DNA from: Lama guanicoe
Lineage: Eukaryota
DNA length: 61,390 bases
NCBI GenBank assembly: GCA_013239625.1
Contig: MU054400.1
Span: 2,267,345-2,328,734 of the forward strand
Direction of reading: 5' to 3'
Shown in pieces: positions 1 to 11,653 of this stretch. The notes beneath the pieces are model-generated. The model ran no database searches. It was not told the DNA's origin and was given only the letters and a program-made list of their open reading frames with translations. Numbering within the stretch: position 1 is the first letter of the stretch; every line of letters starts with the position of its first letter. The translations under genes were made by a program, and so were the position numbers.

Positions 1-149
1 TTTGGTGCCAGCCTCCCGTTAGACTTTTATTTTTAAGCAGAGGTACTGGCCATGAAGAACTTCAGCTTATCGACACATTATTCCATTTCCCAACCCAGTA
101 AACTGAAACCTTAAAGCTGCTAGGTCTGACCGGAAGAAGGGGCACCAAC

Positions 150-486
150 CTTCGTCCAGGGCTCTGTTGACCGCGGCGCACAGGGACCAGTACCCACTGT
201 ACGTCTTCCCCCGATATCCCACCAGACTTTTGTGCTCGTCATGCTCCGACCAGAAGGAGAAGTTGAGCGTGTCTATCACGAACACCCAGTTGACCGCGGC
301 CTCGTCGGCCGCTCTGGGGTTCAGCTCGTGAAGGGCCTTCCAGCCCCCCACGCGCAGCTCGGGCCCCGCGGCCTTGGTGAGCAGCAGTTCGGCCACCCTC
401 CGCACGCCCCCGCCGTCAATGAAAACATCCCGACTGTTTTCGGCAATGAATTTTGCGGACTCCCTGGGGGTCAGCAGCCCGTCCAT
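150..486 (-). CDS. QNG1: QNG1/C9orf64 (queuosine 5'-phosphate N-glycosylase, DUF2419) first coding exon; gene continues off the left edge
   Basis: ATG at 486; translation [24 protein letters not shown]...TLNFSFWS...[18 protein letters not shown] matches the C9orf64 N-terminus as I recall it; donor AAG|GTTGGT after 150 (112 codons + 1 nt). Confidence 0.93.
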
Positions 487-1170
487 CCCGCCCCTCCCCT
501 GTGGGACTGGGGACCGACGCTTTCGCCCGCGGGCTGGCCAAACTCTCTTCCCTCTCTAGGCGGGACAAAGGCCCAGGGGTCCCGTGCGACTCTCCCTCCC
601 TTCTCTCCGTGGGATTGCCGCCCTAATAGGATCCCGCCCTCCCAGAGCGGCGAGGAGAGCCAACTAGCTCCGAACCCTTCTACCGCCGCACCCGCACGGC
701 TGGGAAACTGCAGATCGCGGGGCCGCGCGCCGGGCTGAAGCCGCAGGCATTTCCGGGAGGGAGGCCCCGCCTACTCGCGTGCCCGAGACCCGCTTCCGGT
801 TCCGAAGGTCCGGAAACCGCTCTGAGGGGTTGGCCGAGCGCCAGCCAGGAGTTCCCAGCCCGAGACGTGGGGCTTCGTGGTTTTGCCCATGCTCCGACCC
901 TCCCTCGGGTAGGTGGGCCTGCGTGCGTCGCCGTGGCCCGAGTCACGGTGACTCCAACCGGTGTACTGCGTTGTCCTCACTCGGCTCCCGCCCTTCTCTC
1001 CACGGAGGGCGAAGTCTGGGCCAGACGCCCTCGGTCACGCCCTGCATCCGGGTTCCTGGGACGCGACGAGCTTTATGGCCGCGGGTCGCGGTGCGGGGGG
1101 CCGGCCACCCCTAAGACTGCGACACCGGTTGGCGGTCCCCACACCCTCATCCGCCAGGCAGACTTGTCGT
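150..1170. promoter_or_regulatory. CpG island / QNG1 promoter with clustered ETS-type CCGGAA sites
   Basis: High GC and dense CpG; TTCCGG at 751-756, CTTCCGG at 793-799, CCGGAA at 810-815 upstream of the QNG1 ATG. Confidence 0.85.
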
Positions 1171-2389
1171 TTATTGTGCTGAATTCTTGGTCTATTTCGA
1201 GGTTTAGGATTAGTTGAGACTTTTGGAGAAATGGATGAGAAAACAAGTGTATTAATTTGTTATATGGACATTATGTTCCTGGAATTGTATTTAAATACCA
1301 AATTTTATTTAGTCTCCGGCCGTGACAAAAGCAGCAGTTTTAATCCCCGTTTTACAAGAGAAGCTGACTAGTTAGTGGTTAGTGCCTGGTCCCAGCAATG
1401 GTCTGGGCTGATACTAGATCTCCAAGTCAAAGGCACTTTCTACCAGCTGAGCTCACCAATGCCAACCAACCTCGTCAAGTAATGACTCTATCACTGGCTC
1501 TACTGTAATTATATATCTGTATCTACTGAGGAGGCGACATTATTAAAGGATATAAATATCACCTTACAGCCTCAAACTTTTAAAAAATACTTTCTAGCAC
1601 GATGAAGAGAGAGCTTTAGGAGTCAATTTAGCAATGATCCAAATTCGCCTAATGGTGAAATTTTTGTATAGATGCGTGTATTTTTTTCTCCTTCGGAGAT
1701 TTAAACCCCCATGGATCATATAATAACGTTCACATCTTTGAAAATCAACTATTGAAAATAACCATCAGTAATCATCTCTAGTTATTGCATTTGGGGGAGG
1801 ATTTGGAACTTTTAAGTCTGACAGCTGTACCCTAGAGAAGCAGAACATCTTCATCCTTCTAGTTTCTTTATTTGGATAAAAAGGAATTTTAAGGGCTTCA
1901 CTAGAATTTATTCTTCCAGAAAAAAGTCACTAATACAGTAATACAATTGTTGAATAAATCTGTCCTAGCAGTTCAAAGTCTTGAGATTCAAAGAAGTTGA
2001 TTAGCAAGCAAATCTAGCAATTTACAAAAGAATCCAAGAGGTTAAATTTATGCCATTACCTCTTACTGAGGCTTGTTGACAGAAAAAAAATTAACAGTTG
2101 AATTCCTACTATGTTCAGGATATTGAGTTAGACACAGGAGTAGCATAAACAAAAATAAAACATGCTTCCTTCTCTCAAGAAACTTGTCGAGGTAAAGCAT
2201 AAACTGTGTGTGTGTGTTTTGTTTTGTTTTGTTTTTTGTCTTTTAAAGTATGTTTGCAAGGTGCTGGGAATACAAAAAGTGAGTTCTTTACCTACTCAAC
2301 ATCCTTTCCCTCCTTCTTCCTGTCCAACAGAATCCCGATGTTCAGGAATCTCTCCCTCTTAACCCGCAATTGGTGTAGCACAGCATTCT

Positions 2390-2810
2390 CAGCTCCAGGG
2401 GTGGTCTGGACTGGTCTAAGGGTAATATCACCCACTTGCCAGGGACTGGATTAGAATCATGCATTTTCTCCTGTTCACTTCAATGAGTTGCAAGGGTAGG
2501 TTTGCAGGATACTTCCAGAAAAGCTTTTCCAGGAGAACTTCCAAAATTGATTCCTGCTCCCTCTGGACGTGGTTGAGCTTGGATATGAGGCTTAAAATTG
2601 CTACAGTCCTGTTGATGGCACCCTGAGTATGAAGTCGACACACGGGGGAAGCTAAAAGAATAGCAGAGAAGTGGAACTGGAGTAATGGGATTATGTCAAC
2701 TCAACTCTTAAGTTTGTCCTACTTTTGGATCTCTAGATATGTAAGTTAACAAACTTCCTTATAGTGAAAGCAGTTTTGAGTTGGATTTTCTATTACTTGC
2801 TATGAAAGCT
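2390..2810 (+). mobile_element. Old MaLR (MLT1-like) LTR remnant
   Basis: Ends in the MLT1-type terminus ...GCAGTTTTGAGTTGGATTTTCTATTACTTGC; boundaries approximate. Confidence 0.5.
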
Positions 2811-3333
2811 TCCTGTCTTACACGGGTAGCAAATACAGACATGCCGTCTGACATCTTCTGATCTAGTAGGGTAGGCGGACAATCAAATGTCTGGGTAAAA
2901 CTGTGCCTCAAGCATCATAAAACTAGACTCTAGTGACTAAACAAAAAGGGGATTGTTTTTACCATATAAGAAGTAGTCCAGAGTTAGGCACTCTAGGCCT
3001 GATGCAGCTATTTGAGAATGTAACTAGGCTCTTTCTGTCTCACTCTCTTTAGCATGTGGCTTTTGTCTTTATGGTTGTAAGATGGTTTTACCCTTAACAG
3101 GCATTGTGTCCACAAAAAGGAGGAGGAAAGTAAAGTGGGCAAAGGGCCAAGGGAACATGCCGTCTGAGTATGCTTCTTTTGAAAACCTTAGCCAGAAGCT
3201 CTATGCCATAGGCATAGGCCTTTGAAGAGAAGATCAAGGGAGGGAGGCATGATCAATGATGTGGTGTCCTTGTCATTTTCCCCATCCTGAACAGTGTTCA
3301 AGTTAAATAATTCCAGTCATCAAGAGAGCCATC

Positions 3334-3335
<2 letters not shown>

Positions 3336-3369
<34 letters not shown>
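3336..3369 (+). repeat. poly(A) tract (~34 nt)
   Basis: Uninterrupted A run. Confidence 0.95.
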
Positions 3370-3371
<2 letters not shown>

Positions 3372-3948
3372 CTTCTTAAGCTAAATTAAATGTCACGCAT
3401 TGGCAACAATCATTGCTACATCTGCAATTTTGTCATGATTGACTATGACAGATACTTAAATAGTCGGTTAAAAGGTATTCTTGAAGAAAAGTTGCAAAAG
3501 GCAAAGAAGTAAAATGGATTTTGTGAAGATAGGATTATTTTCATTTCCCCCAACTCTTCCAAAGAGATCAATAGACTATAAAGCCCCAAGAAGGCTTAGC
3601 AGAAAAGAGAGATGGTTCAATACTATGTAATTTTTCTCTTTTCCTTTTCTTCTTGATTTATCCATATATAGCATTTAAAATTGACCCCTTCCTTAAAATT
3701 TACTCTTGGGTTCTAGGGCATTGTGTTATCCTAGTTTTCTTAGTACCATTGAAGGCTCTTTCTCTTCTTACTCTCTTATTGTATGTAAAATGTCCCATCT
3801 ACAGGCTATGGCTTAGGGACAGAATGGACTCTTTCTGGTGAAAACTCAGACTCAAATACTTCCAATTTCTGTTTTAAAATAGTTAGTTATAATAGAATAA
3901 ACATATCATTTCTATTACATTTCATTATTACTACAGTTCAAAACCAAT

Positions 3949-4835
3949 TATGGGAGAAAATATTTGCAAATGATATGACTAAAAAAGGCTTAATTTCAAG
4001 AATATATAAACAGCTCATACAACTTAATAACAAAAAAACAAACAACCCAATCCAAAAGTGGGCAGAAGACCTAAACAAGCATTTCTCCAATTAAGACATA
4101 CGAATGGCCAATAGACATATGAAAAAATACTCAGTATCACTTATTACCAGAGAAATGCAAATCAAAACTACAATGAACTATCACTTTACACCAGTCAGAA
4201 TGGCCATCATCCAAAAAGTCCAAGAATGATAAATGCTGGAGAGGGAGTAGAGAAAAGGGGACCCTCCTACACTGTTGGTGGGAATGTAGGTTGGTGCAGC
4301 CATTATGGAAAATAGTATGGAGATTTCTCGAAAAACTAAAAATAGACTTACCATATGATCCAGCAGTCCCACTGCTGGGTATGTATCCAGAGGGAATCCT
4401 AAGTCAAAAAGACACATGTGTGTACCCCAATGTTCATAGCAGCACTATATATGATAGCCAAAACATGGAAGCAACCTAAATGTCCACTGGCTGATGACTA
4501 GATAAAGAAGATGTGGTATATTTATACAATGGAATACTACTTTGCCATAAAAAAGAATAAAATAATGCCATTTGCAGCAACATGGATGGACCTAGAGATT
4601 GTCATTCTAAGTGAAGTAACCCAGAAAGAGAAAGAAAAATACCATATCATATCGCTCATATGTGGTATCTAAAAAAAAGGTGGGGGGAAACTATGAACCC
4701 ATTTACAAAACAGAAACAGACTTGCAGGCTTAGTAAACAAGGCTTAGTTACCGAGGAAAGGGGGTGGGAGTTTGAAATTTACAAATGTTAGCCACCATAT
4801 ATAAAAATAGATTTAACAGAATAAAAAAAAAAGAT
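3949..4835 (+). mobile_element. 5'-truncated LINE-1 (ORF2 C-terminal end + 3' UTR, A-rich tail)
   Basis: Encodes L1 ORF2-like [59 protein letters not shown] and GCAGCAACATGGATGGACCTAGAG hallmarks; A-rich tail near 4820-4835. Confidence 0.92.
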
Positions 4836-4944
4836 GTATTTATTCTAAAAAAAAAGTTAGGATTTTTTGAACCATAGTTTGTTTTTAGTGAAATTAACAT
4901 TAATATTTCCTACTTAGGAGGAAGAACTAAGTATTATAAAAATA

Positions 4945-5083
4945 GTATGAAGCTTCTAGGTTGGTGAGATTTGGGGAAAGTAACATAATAGGGGAGCAGG
5001 AGAGCTCTGGGCCCCTTCCCACATACCTTGCCCTGTGCATCTCTTTCATCTAGCTGTTCCTGAGTTATATATAAACCAGTAAT
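4945..5083 (+). mobile_element. ERV LTR fragment (MER21-like)
   Basis: CCCCTTCCCACATACCTTGCCCTGTGCATCTCTTTCATCTAGCTGTTCCTGAGTT resembles MER21-family LTRs; subfamily not certain. Confidence 0.5.
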
Positions 5084-5752
5084 TTATTTTCCTTGCTCTC
5101 TAAAAAACACAACAAAACTCTGAAACAAACCACAGCCCTTGAGAGATTTGCTGAGTTCCAATGATATTCCTTTACCAGGTTCCAAACAAGACTTAAATGT
5201 CATCAAAGGAGTGATTTGAATAATGTTGAATCAGTTCTTGCTTGACAAATTCTCTTCACTATGATCCAAACTTGGTATATGCCCTGCTTTACAAATGAGA
5301 GCTCTTTGAACAGTTTTGATCTTCACTTCAGGATATAATACAAGAGTATTGATCTGGTAATCACCTTCTTTAGCTCAAGGTTGCTACAAGCTGGAGCTGA
5401 GCTGTCTGTGGAATGGATTCTAGAAATCATCAAGCAAGGGGTTGTTGCCCAAAGACAGACTAGTTAAAGAAATCTCCAGAACTGAAGATTCAAATATGTG
5501 GAAGGATGAGGTGGAAAGAGGGGAACTGGAGGAAGGCAGTTTTTTCCTATTTAATTTTGTACCATATGGGATCATGGATGTTCACTAAACTTACTGTGAT
5601 AATCATTTCATGACGTATGTAATCAAATCATTACGCTGTACATCTTAAACTTATACAGTGCTATATGTCAGTTATATCTCAATAAAAGTCAAACAAAAAA
5701 CCCAGTTATGTGGAAGAGGAGCAGCAACCCTTCTAGTAATTTTATTCCTTGG
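5084..5752 (+). pseudogene. DYM: Processed pseudogene fragment of dymeclin (DYM), C-terminal coding part; possibly continues as 3' UTR to ~6000
   Basis: Broken-frame translation LFSLLSKKHNKTL...LSSNDIPLP..QDLNVI...SCLTNSLHYDPNLVYALLYK*ELFEQF*...[33 protein letters not shown]...KDRL..K.PELK.FKYVEEEQ matches the DYM C-terminus; intronless, with stops and frameshifts. Confidence 0.88.
5505..5706 (+). mobile_element. Short L1 3'-end insertion interrupting the DYM retrocopy
   Basis: Ends ...CTTAAACTTATACAGTGCTATATGTCAGTTATATCTCAATAAAA + A-rich tail; 10-bp TSD TATGTGGAAG at 5495-5504 and 5707-5716. Confidence 0.85.
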
Positions 5753-7599
5753 AAACAGAGGTAGACAGATTGCCTGCTGTATCTTCTATTAAAGAGGATC
5801 ACACTTTTGTTATTTTTGTTTTTTTTTTGTTTTTCCACAGTGCACTTTGATTTGGAGAATTGGTGCCAGTCGGCAGTAGATCATTCATCTTAGACTGCAG
5901 TGCAGAAAAAAAAAAAAGGGCAGGGAGGGGATACACAATAACATGTAAAAATCTGCTTTTAAAAAGTGCAAAAATAAACAGATACAAAGGAATATTTTTC
6001 TTGACAACATGAGGCAGGGATTAATGTTTCACCTGTAAGGTGCAATCTGAGGGCACTGACAGGGAAAGGAAAAGAAGTTTCAGTTAGCAAGTAACATAAG
6101 GGGATATAGTATCTGTGCTGGCTACTGCTTCTTGGTGGGTCTCAAAGAGACACAGCTCATCACCATGTAACAGCGCTGGCACAGACTACACCACACAGGA
6201 CAAACTTAAGAAATTGCCTCAGAGCCGTTTGTGGAGAAAGGAGAGGAAGTTCTCCTACCTCCCACCTTTCTTTTTTTTTTTTTTTTTTTTTTTTATTTAG
6301 GATTTTAACGTTCTTCACATTCAACGTAAAATACTGACAATGGATAAACAATAGGGGAGAAGACTCTTCCGCAAAGACCTTCCAGAACTCACAGCATCAC
6401 TCCGGTCAGACCAACAGTCAAGTGAACAAAGGATAAGGGAGTTTAACAGAGAATTTTAGTTCAATAGCATAACTAACAGATAAACATGTAACTTTATATA
6501 TTAAACATACTGCTTTTGGCTTCCTAGTCAACACATCTTGAGTTTCTGCTCTTATTAATCATCCCTCACTTGCACTGCCCCAGGCTGAACCCTAGAGAGG
6601 TCTCTGAGGGACCTAGCTGGCACTTTCTACTACGTTCCTGCCAAATCTTTTATTACTATCAAAATGACTTCTACCGCTTTTGGTGTGATAAGCACCTATC
6701 ATATACTCTTCTCTCTTACTCTATAGAGTATTTGAACTAAGTGAACAAGGTGGCCCTTTCCTTCTAATGAAGACTGTCCTTGAAGGTAGAAAGACTTCTA
6801 GGAAAAAAAGGAGGACATGATGTTTGAATGGGGAAAATGAAAGGATTTGAAGTGTGAGGTTTTGGTGACTGAAATAATTTCCTTCACAATTACAGGTCTA
6901 GGGTTAGGGGAGTGAAACGGGGAGAGATGTTGAGGGAGGATAGGAAATTCTTACGGGTTCTGGACAAAAAGTGAGGTGGCTAGAAAATTTTGATGTCATT
7001 GGACAGCTGGTGTTAACCTTTTCCCCCAATACCGTTGCTAGTGCCTACTGCTCAGCTAGCTGGCAAACAGGTGAACCACCCCACAGAACATCTGCATTTT
7101 TTTCCAATTGTGTTTGCACAATCACCTCAACTCAGCAGATTAGCTCCACATTTTAAATATACACAAATGTATAACTGCCTGGGCGTTAAGTATCTGGGCA
7201 TTCCCTTCTTTTCTTCAGTCAGGCTTCTTCCGACTGGAAGTGCTGAGGCCTGGCTTGCGTAAATGTTCATCTATGTATACAAGCCCTGATGTCTTCATTT
7301 TTTCCATCTGCCAAGAGGAGCAGAGGGCAGTAGTTTAGGTCAACACACTGGGATTTTCCTAGTTTAACTGCAATTTTGCCTCAAGCAACATGCTTGTGAA
7401 TCTATACACATACACACATCAGTTTCTGCTTTCTTAAACACATCTCACAGTACTGTTTTTCCTTACTATCAAGTTACTGGATTCTCCGCAAATACTTTTT
7501 GCTAACCACCACCTCTTTGGGGCTTTCCACTGTTCTTGTACACCTCAGGAACTAAATACGTATTTGATGAGTTAGTGAAAAGATACAGAAACTTCTTAC

Positions 7600-7768
7600 T
7601 ACACGTAGCTGTAAACATTTAACTTAAAACTATTAATTGGAGGAATTTGTTAAACACACAGATTCCTGGCACCTCTCTACGTAGACTGTGACTCAGTTGA
7701 GCTGAGGTGGTCCATCTTAAACTGCAGTTAATTTTGAACATACTTCAGATAGTTTTGAGAAACACTGA
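7600..7768. mobile_element. MER5A-like hAT-Charlie DNA transposon fossil
   Basis: GAATTTGTTAAACACACAGATTCCTGG...TTTGAGAAACACTG terminal pattern. Confidence 0.55.
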
Positions 7769-9517
7769 TAATGCTTCCCAAATAGCTAATTTACATCTAG
7801 TCATCAAGAGTCCTTTCCAAAAAATTTTTGATGGCATCTAACGTTTAAAAAATCTAACTTTATGAACAGAAAACTTTCCACTGGTCTAAAGAGAAAATTT
7901 TAAATACAGGCCTCTTTAGCAAGTCTTAAGCAAATCACAACTTACCATTTGTGGAACAGTAACCCCATTTTGAGTACTAACAAGGCATTTTGAGATAAAA
8001 CCACTGAATATTGAAAAAATTTACTATGTTCATTTCCCTATAAGATTCAGTCTCTGTATTCCAGTGGTATCAGTTATCAGGAGTAACTACTTGATCACTC
8101 AATAGTTTATTATCAGTTTCATTATGCAAACGATTAAAAGTTGAATAGTACACAAAAATTTAAATTCCTTTTCATTCCTGAAAAAATTTTGGTGCAATCT
8201 GGTTTCCAACTTGTCTGTTGGCATTGTTAATAATTTTCAAATTTAGGCTAAAAACACTTTAAAGCTTCATACCAGCCTAGTCCTAGTTGCTTCTTATAAA
8301 ATTGGCTCAACACTCCATTTAAGTCCATTTTAAGCTTGTTTTACTTCTGAGAATATTCTCAATGTAACTCAAATTTCCAGCCTATATTCAAACACCATTT
8401 ACCAGTAACAGTGGGTAATGAAAAGGGCCTCTCCCCCTCCCAAGCTGTATACCCAACGTGCCAATGTCAAATATTCTCCAGTCTATTTTTTATTAGGTTC
8501 TTGGGTTCAAGGTCTCATTTTTTAAAGGCAAAAATGAGAATACTTTCTGCTAGTAGTTTATTAACATAACTGATTTTTGGAAGACGAGTGAAAGCTCTGA
8601 AAGCCAGTGTTCTCTACAGGGATGCTTTCTTTCAGCAGGCTTAACAATCTGACTAAAACATCATTACTGGTGTGAATTTTCTCTAGAGGAAGGGCTCATT
8701 TCAATCTGAGTAGGCTGTACTACCCTAAGCAACCCAAACTTAACCATACTTAAACTACTCAAGAGGGAAGGTAACACCCAAGAGTAATTCAGGCTAATTT
8801 CACCTTTGGGGAAGCCTTATCACAGGTATTTTAAGTGACGCTGTGGTACCATTTATTTCATTTATCAAGAGAACACTCAATTCCCCTCCCCAAAACTAAA
8901 AAAGGTTATCACTGAAGTTTGTCACTTTAAATGGCATATTTAAATGTACTACTCACATATATTTCAGATAAACTGTTTCTCATTTTTCTATCATACACAA
9001 ATCTTGAAACTGCCCACTTCACATTCTATCATACACAAGTCTCTCTTCTAAACTTAAAGTAAAACTGCATCCATGAATCCCTGTCTATTTAATTGTTGGG
9101 TTGTTCCCATGCTTTCTGGGCAGTTGGAGGCTAACAGGTAGCATTTTAGGGTTTTATAAGCCAAAAATCAGGGGGAAAAAAAAAACACTGTATGTAAATA
9201 TTCTTACAACACAGTAGGGCTATTTTTAAGACAGAAACCTAAAAAAGTGTATCAAAGGTAAGAAGGACTTGTAGAATTGGAATGACTCAGCTCTTTATGC
9301 TGTTACCCTTTAAGAAATTAAGAGCCCAACTACTAGAATTTTAAATTTACCAATAGTACCAAATCTATTTAAAAATGCTAGAAAAACACTTCACACAAAA
9401 AATATATAATGTAAGATTACTGTATTTCCTTGTAAGAGGAACGTTTTAACAAATTTTACAGGTGTCAATCAACCCTTGTTCAAATTGGGCACACATCAAA
9501 TCTAGCATTATAGGAGT

Positions 9518-9527
9518 TTTATTTATT
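9518..9527 (-). terminator. HNRNPK: HNRNPK distal poly(A) signal (overlapping AATAAA x2)
   Basis: Minus strand reads AATAAATAAAACTCCTATAATG; about 1.15 kb after the stop codon. Confidence 0.75.
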
Positions 9528-10233
9528 TGGAAGTGAACTAACTATTAATACAAATGCCAAGATACTACAGAAAACATCCACAGGAATTTTTTTCATCTTT
9601 TTTGAATTGTTCACAAACATTTCCTACATAATCCAACATACAACATAGAAATGGTACATCTTTTTCTTTCAATTTGCATACAATGGAAAAACAAGAATAT
9701 ATATATATATATTTTACAAAGTTTAACTAATAAGACACTAGCAAGCTGACAGTTTAAGTCTATAGGTGAAATTATCTAATAAAAAATAATTCAGAATTTG
9801 TTTAGCATCAGTCACTTCCATAACCAAGTATTATTCTGATTAATACTTGCTGCTGTTTGGTATATACTTATACCACTACTCCACCTGTACTGCTTCCTCT
9901 TGGTTCTTCACAATTACTAACAGAAAACTGTTGCAAAGCAGGGGCAAGCATTTGTAAAAACAAACAAACAAACATACCCAGCTTATTGTAAGCATGAATG
10001 TGTGGTGGAATTTCCTCCCAAGTAATGGACTTTCAAACCATCAAGAAATCACCAGAACTGACTTTGTCAAGATATTTTGCCTATGTCCTAGAGGAGATGC
10101 ACTTATTTATATCCAACAGAAGACTGAAAATCAAACTTAGTGTTTATAGTTTGGGGGCCGGTTAGGGGAATTCAGCCATTTGAAAAATGACCATCTTAAA
10201 AAAAAATGACCACCAAAAAATAGGTTCACTAAA

Positions 10234-10239
10234 TTTATT
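10234..10239 (-). terminator. HNRNPK: HNRNPK proximal poly(A) signal AATAAA
   Basis: Minus strand AAAATAAATTTAGTGAACC followed by U/GU-rich sequence; UGUA motifs upstream. Confidence 0.7.
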
Positions 10240-10667
10240 TTAAAAATCATAAAACGTTTCTTACAAAAGAGCATTACATTCTGCACACTGCTCTGAATAG
10301 ATGCCAGGGACATATGGACTATTGTTACTTTTCCTCCCTGTCCCCCACCCCCAAATGTTACAGTGACCACAAAGCAAAGTGTTCACAATAATTACATGGG
10401 GGGAATTTTTTTTTAACCACCAACAACGAACAAAAATTAAAATTCACTCACTCTGCTGCTGTTTCAAAATTTCAATGTTAGTTTTTGCACACCCTCCCCC
10501 ACCCCCCAACCCTGTTTGAAAGGAACTAAAACATTACATCTGGTGAACAGCAAAGATTTCACTACACCTCAAATGCAGAACACCTATGAAGCAGAGGAAT
10601 GTTGGCTTTTTAAACAGAAGCAGATAAAAAAAAAAAGATGCAGGACTCCTTCAGTTCTTCACTAGTC

Positions 10668-10698
10668 TTAGAAAAACTTTCCAGAATACTGCTTCACA
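10668..10698 (-). CDS. HNRNPK: HNRNPK terminal exon, downstream acceptor (463-aa isoform, ...SVKQYSGKFF*)
   Basis: TTTTTTATAG|TGTGAAGCAGTATTCTGGAAAGTTTTTCTAA; in frame with exon 11472-11641. Confidence 0.95.
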
Positions 10699-10724
10699 CT
10701 ATAAAAAAGAAAAAATATCTTGCA

Positions 10725-10758
10725 TTAGAATCCTTCAACATCTGCATACTGCTTCACA
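10725..10758 (-). CDS. HNRNPK: HNRNPK terminal exon, upstream acceptor (464-aa isoform, ...SVKQYADVEGF*)
   Basis: CTTTTATAG|TGTGAAGCAGTATGCAGATGTTGAAGGATTCTAA; summed CDS is 1395 nt = 464 aa + stop. Confidence 0.95.
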
Positions 10759-11062
10759 CTATAAAAGAAAAGAAAAAAAAGTACGAATTAGAATTTGTTT
10801 GTAACATCTTAATCAACATTAAGACAATTTCAATGCTAAATTAAACCGATAAATATGTCCATTACACAATTAGAAATAAGAATTAAAACATTAGCAAATA
10901 TGAAATAGAGCAATGTAAAACTCAAGAAAAAAGATTAATAGTAAATCAGACATTAGTAGAACAGAATTAAGAAAACCAAAAGTTGTTAATATTTGGTAGA
11001 AAAGACAAAGAAATGCCAGTTAAGGTGTGAAATGCTGCATTTTACTGCACCAATCATTTGTC

Positions 11063-11172
11063 CTGTAGAGGCATGGCCTGTGCCATATGGCAGACTGTGA
11101 TTTGTTGTCGATTTAGTTATCTAAAAACAACAAAATCACTAGTCTTCCACACAGAACTAGACCAACATCCAC
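11063..11172 (-). ncRNA. MIR7-1: microRNA precursor mir-7-1 (miR-7-5p 11126-11149; miR-7-1-3p 11086-11107) in the last HNRNPK intron
   Basis: Minus strand contains TGGAAGACTAGTGATTTTGTTGTT and CAACAAATCACAGTCTGCCATA forming the hairpin arms. Confidence 0.98.
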
Positions 11173-11464
11173 TGAAATCTTCTATATTTTCTACAGGCTC
11201 TGTATAATTTATAACAAGTGGTTCTGGCAGCAGTTTTCACCAGAGAAATGAGAAGTTTGCTTGGTTAAGGCTTCTTCCAGCAAGATTAGTATTGAATGTC
11301 TTCGTTTTTAGTAAGAAAGAAGAAAACTGAAGCAAAGCTATTAGAATGTTTAGAAGTTAGGTCCCCAAAAGGTTGAGACACCATGGCTTCTAAAAGAAAA
11401 ATTAGTTGAGAAGAAAAGCTTTTTAAAGTTTTAGTATGTGTAGGCTAACATAAAGCTAAACTCA

Positions 11465-11653
<189 letters not shown>

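Noticed and set aside
67..149. ORF-track tail of QNG1 ([12 protein letters not shown]...)
   Set aside because: Read-through into intron 1 past the donor at 149; similarity to QNG1 stops at DEG
232..1217. Several 60-170 aa ORFs around the QNG1 promoter
   Set aside because: Antisense shadows or stop-poor GC-rich CpG-island sequence; Pro/Gly/Arg-rich with no recognisable family
3250..3369. C/D-box-like motifs (ATGATG...CTGA) and an orphan poly(A) run
   Set aside because: Boxes only ~35 nt apart with no terminal stem; no poly(A) signal or TSD to support a retrocopy
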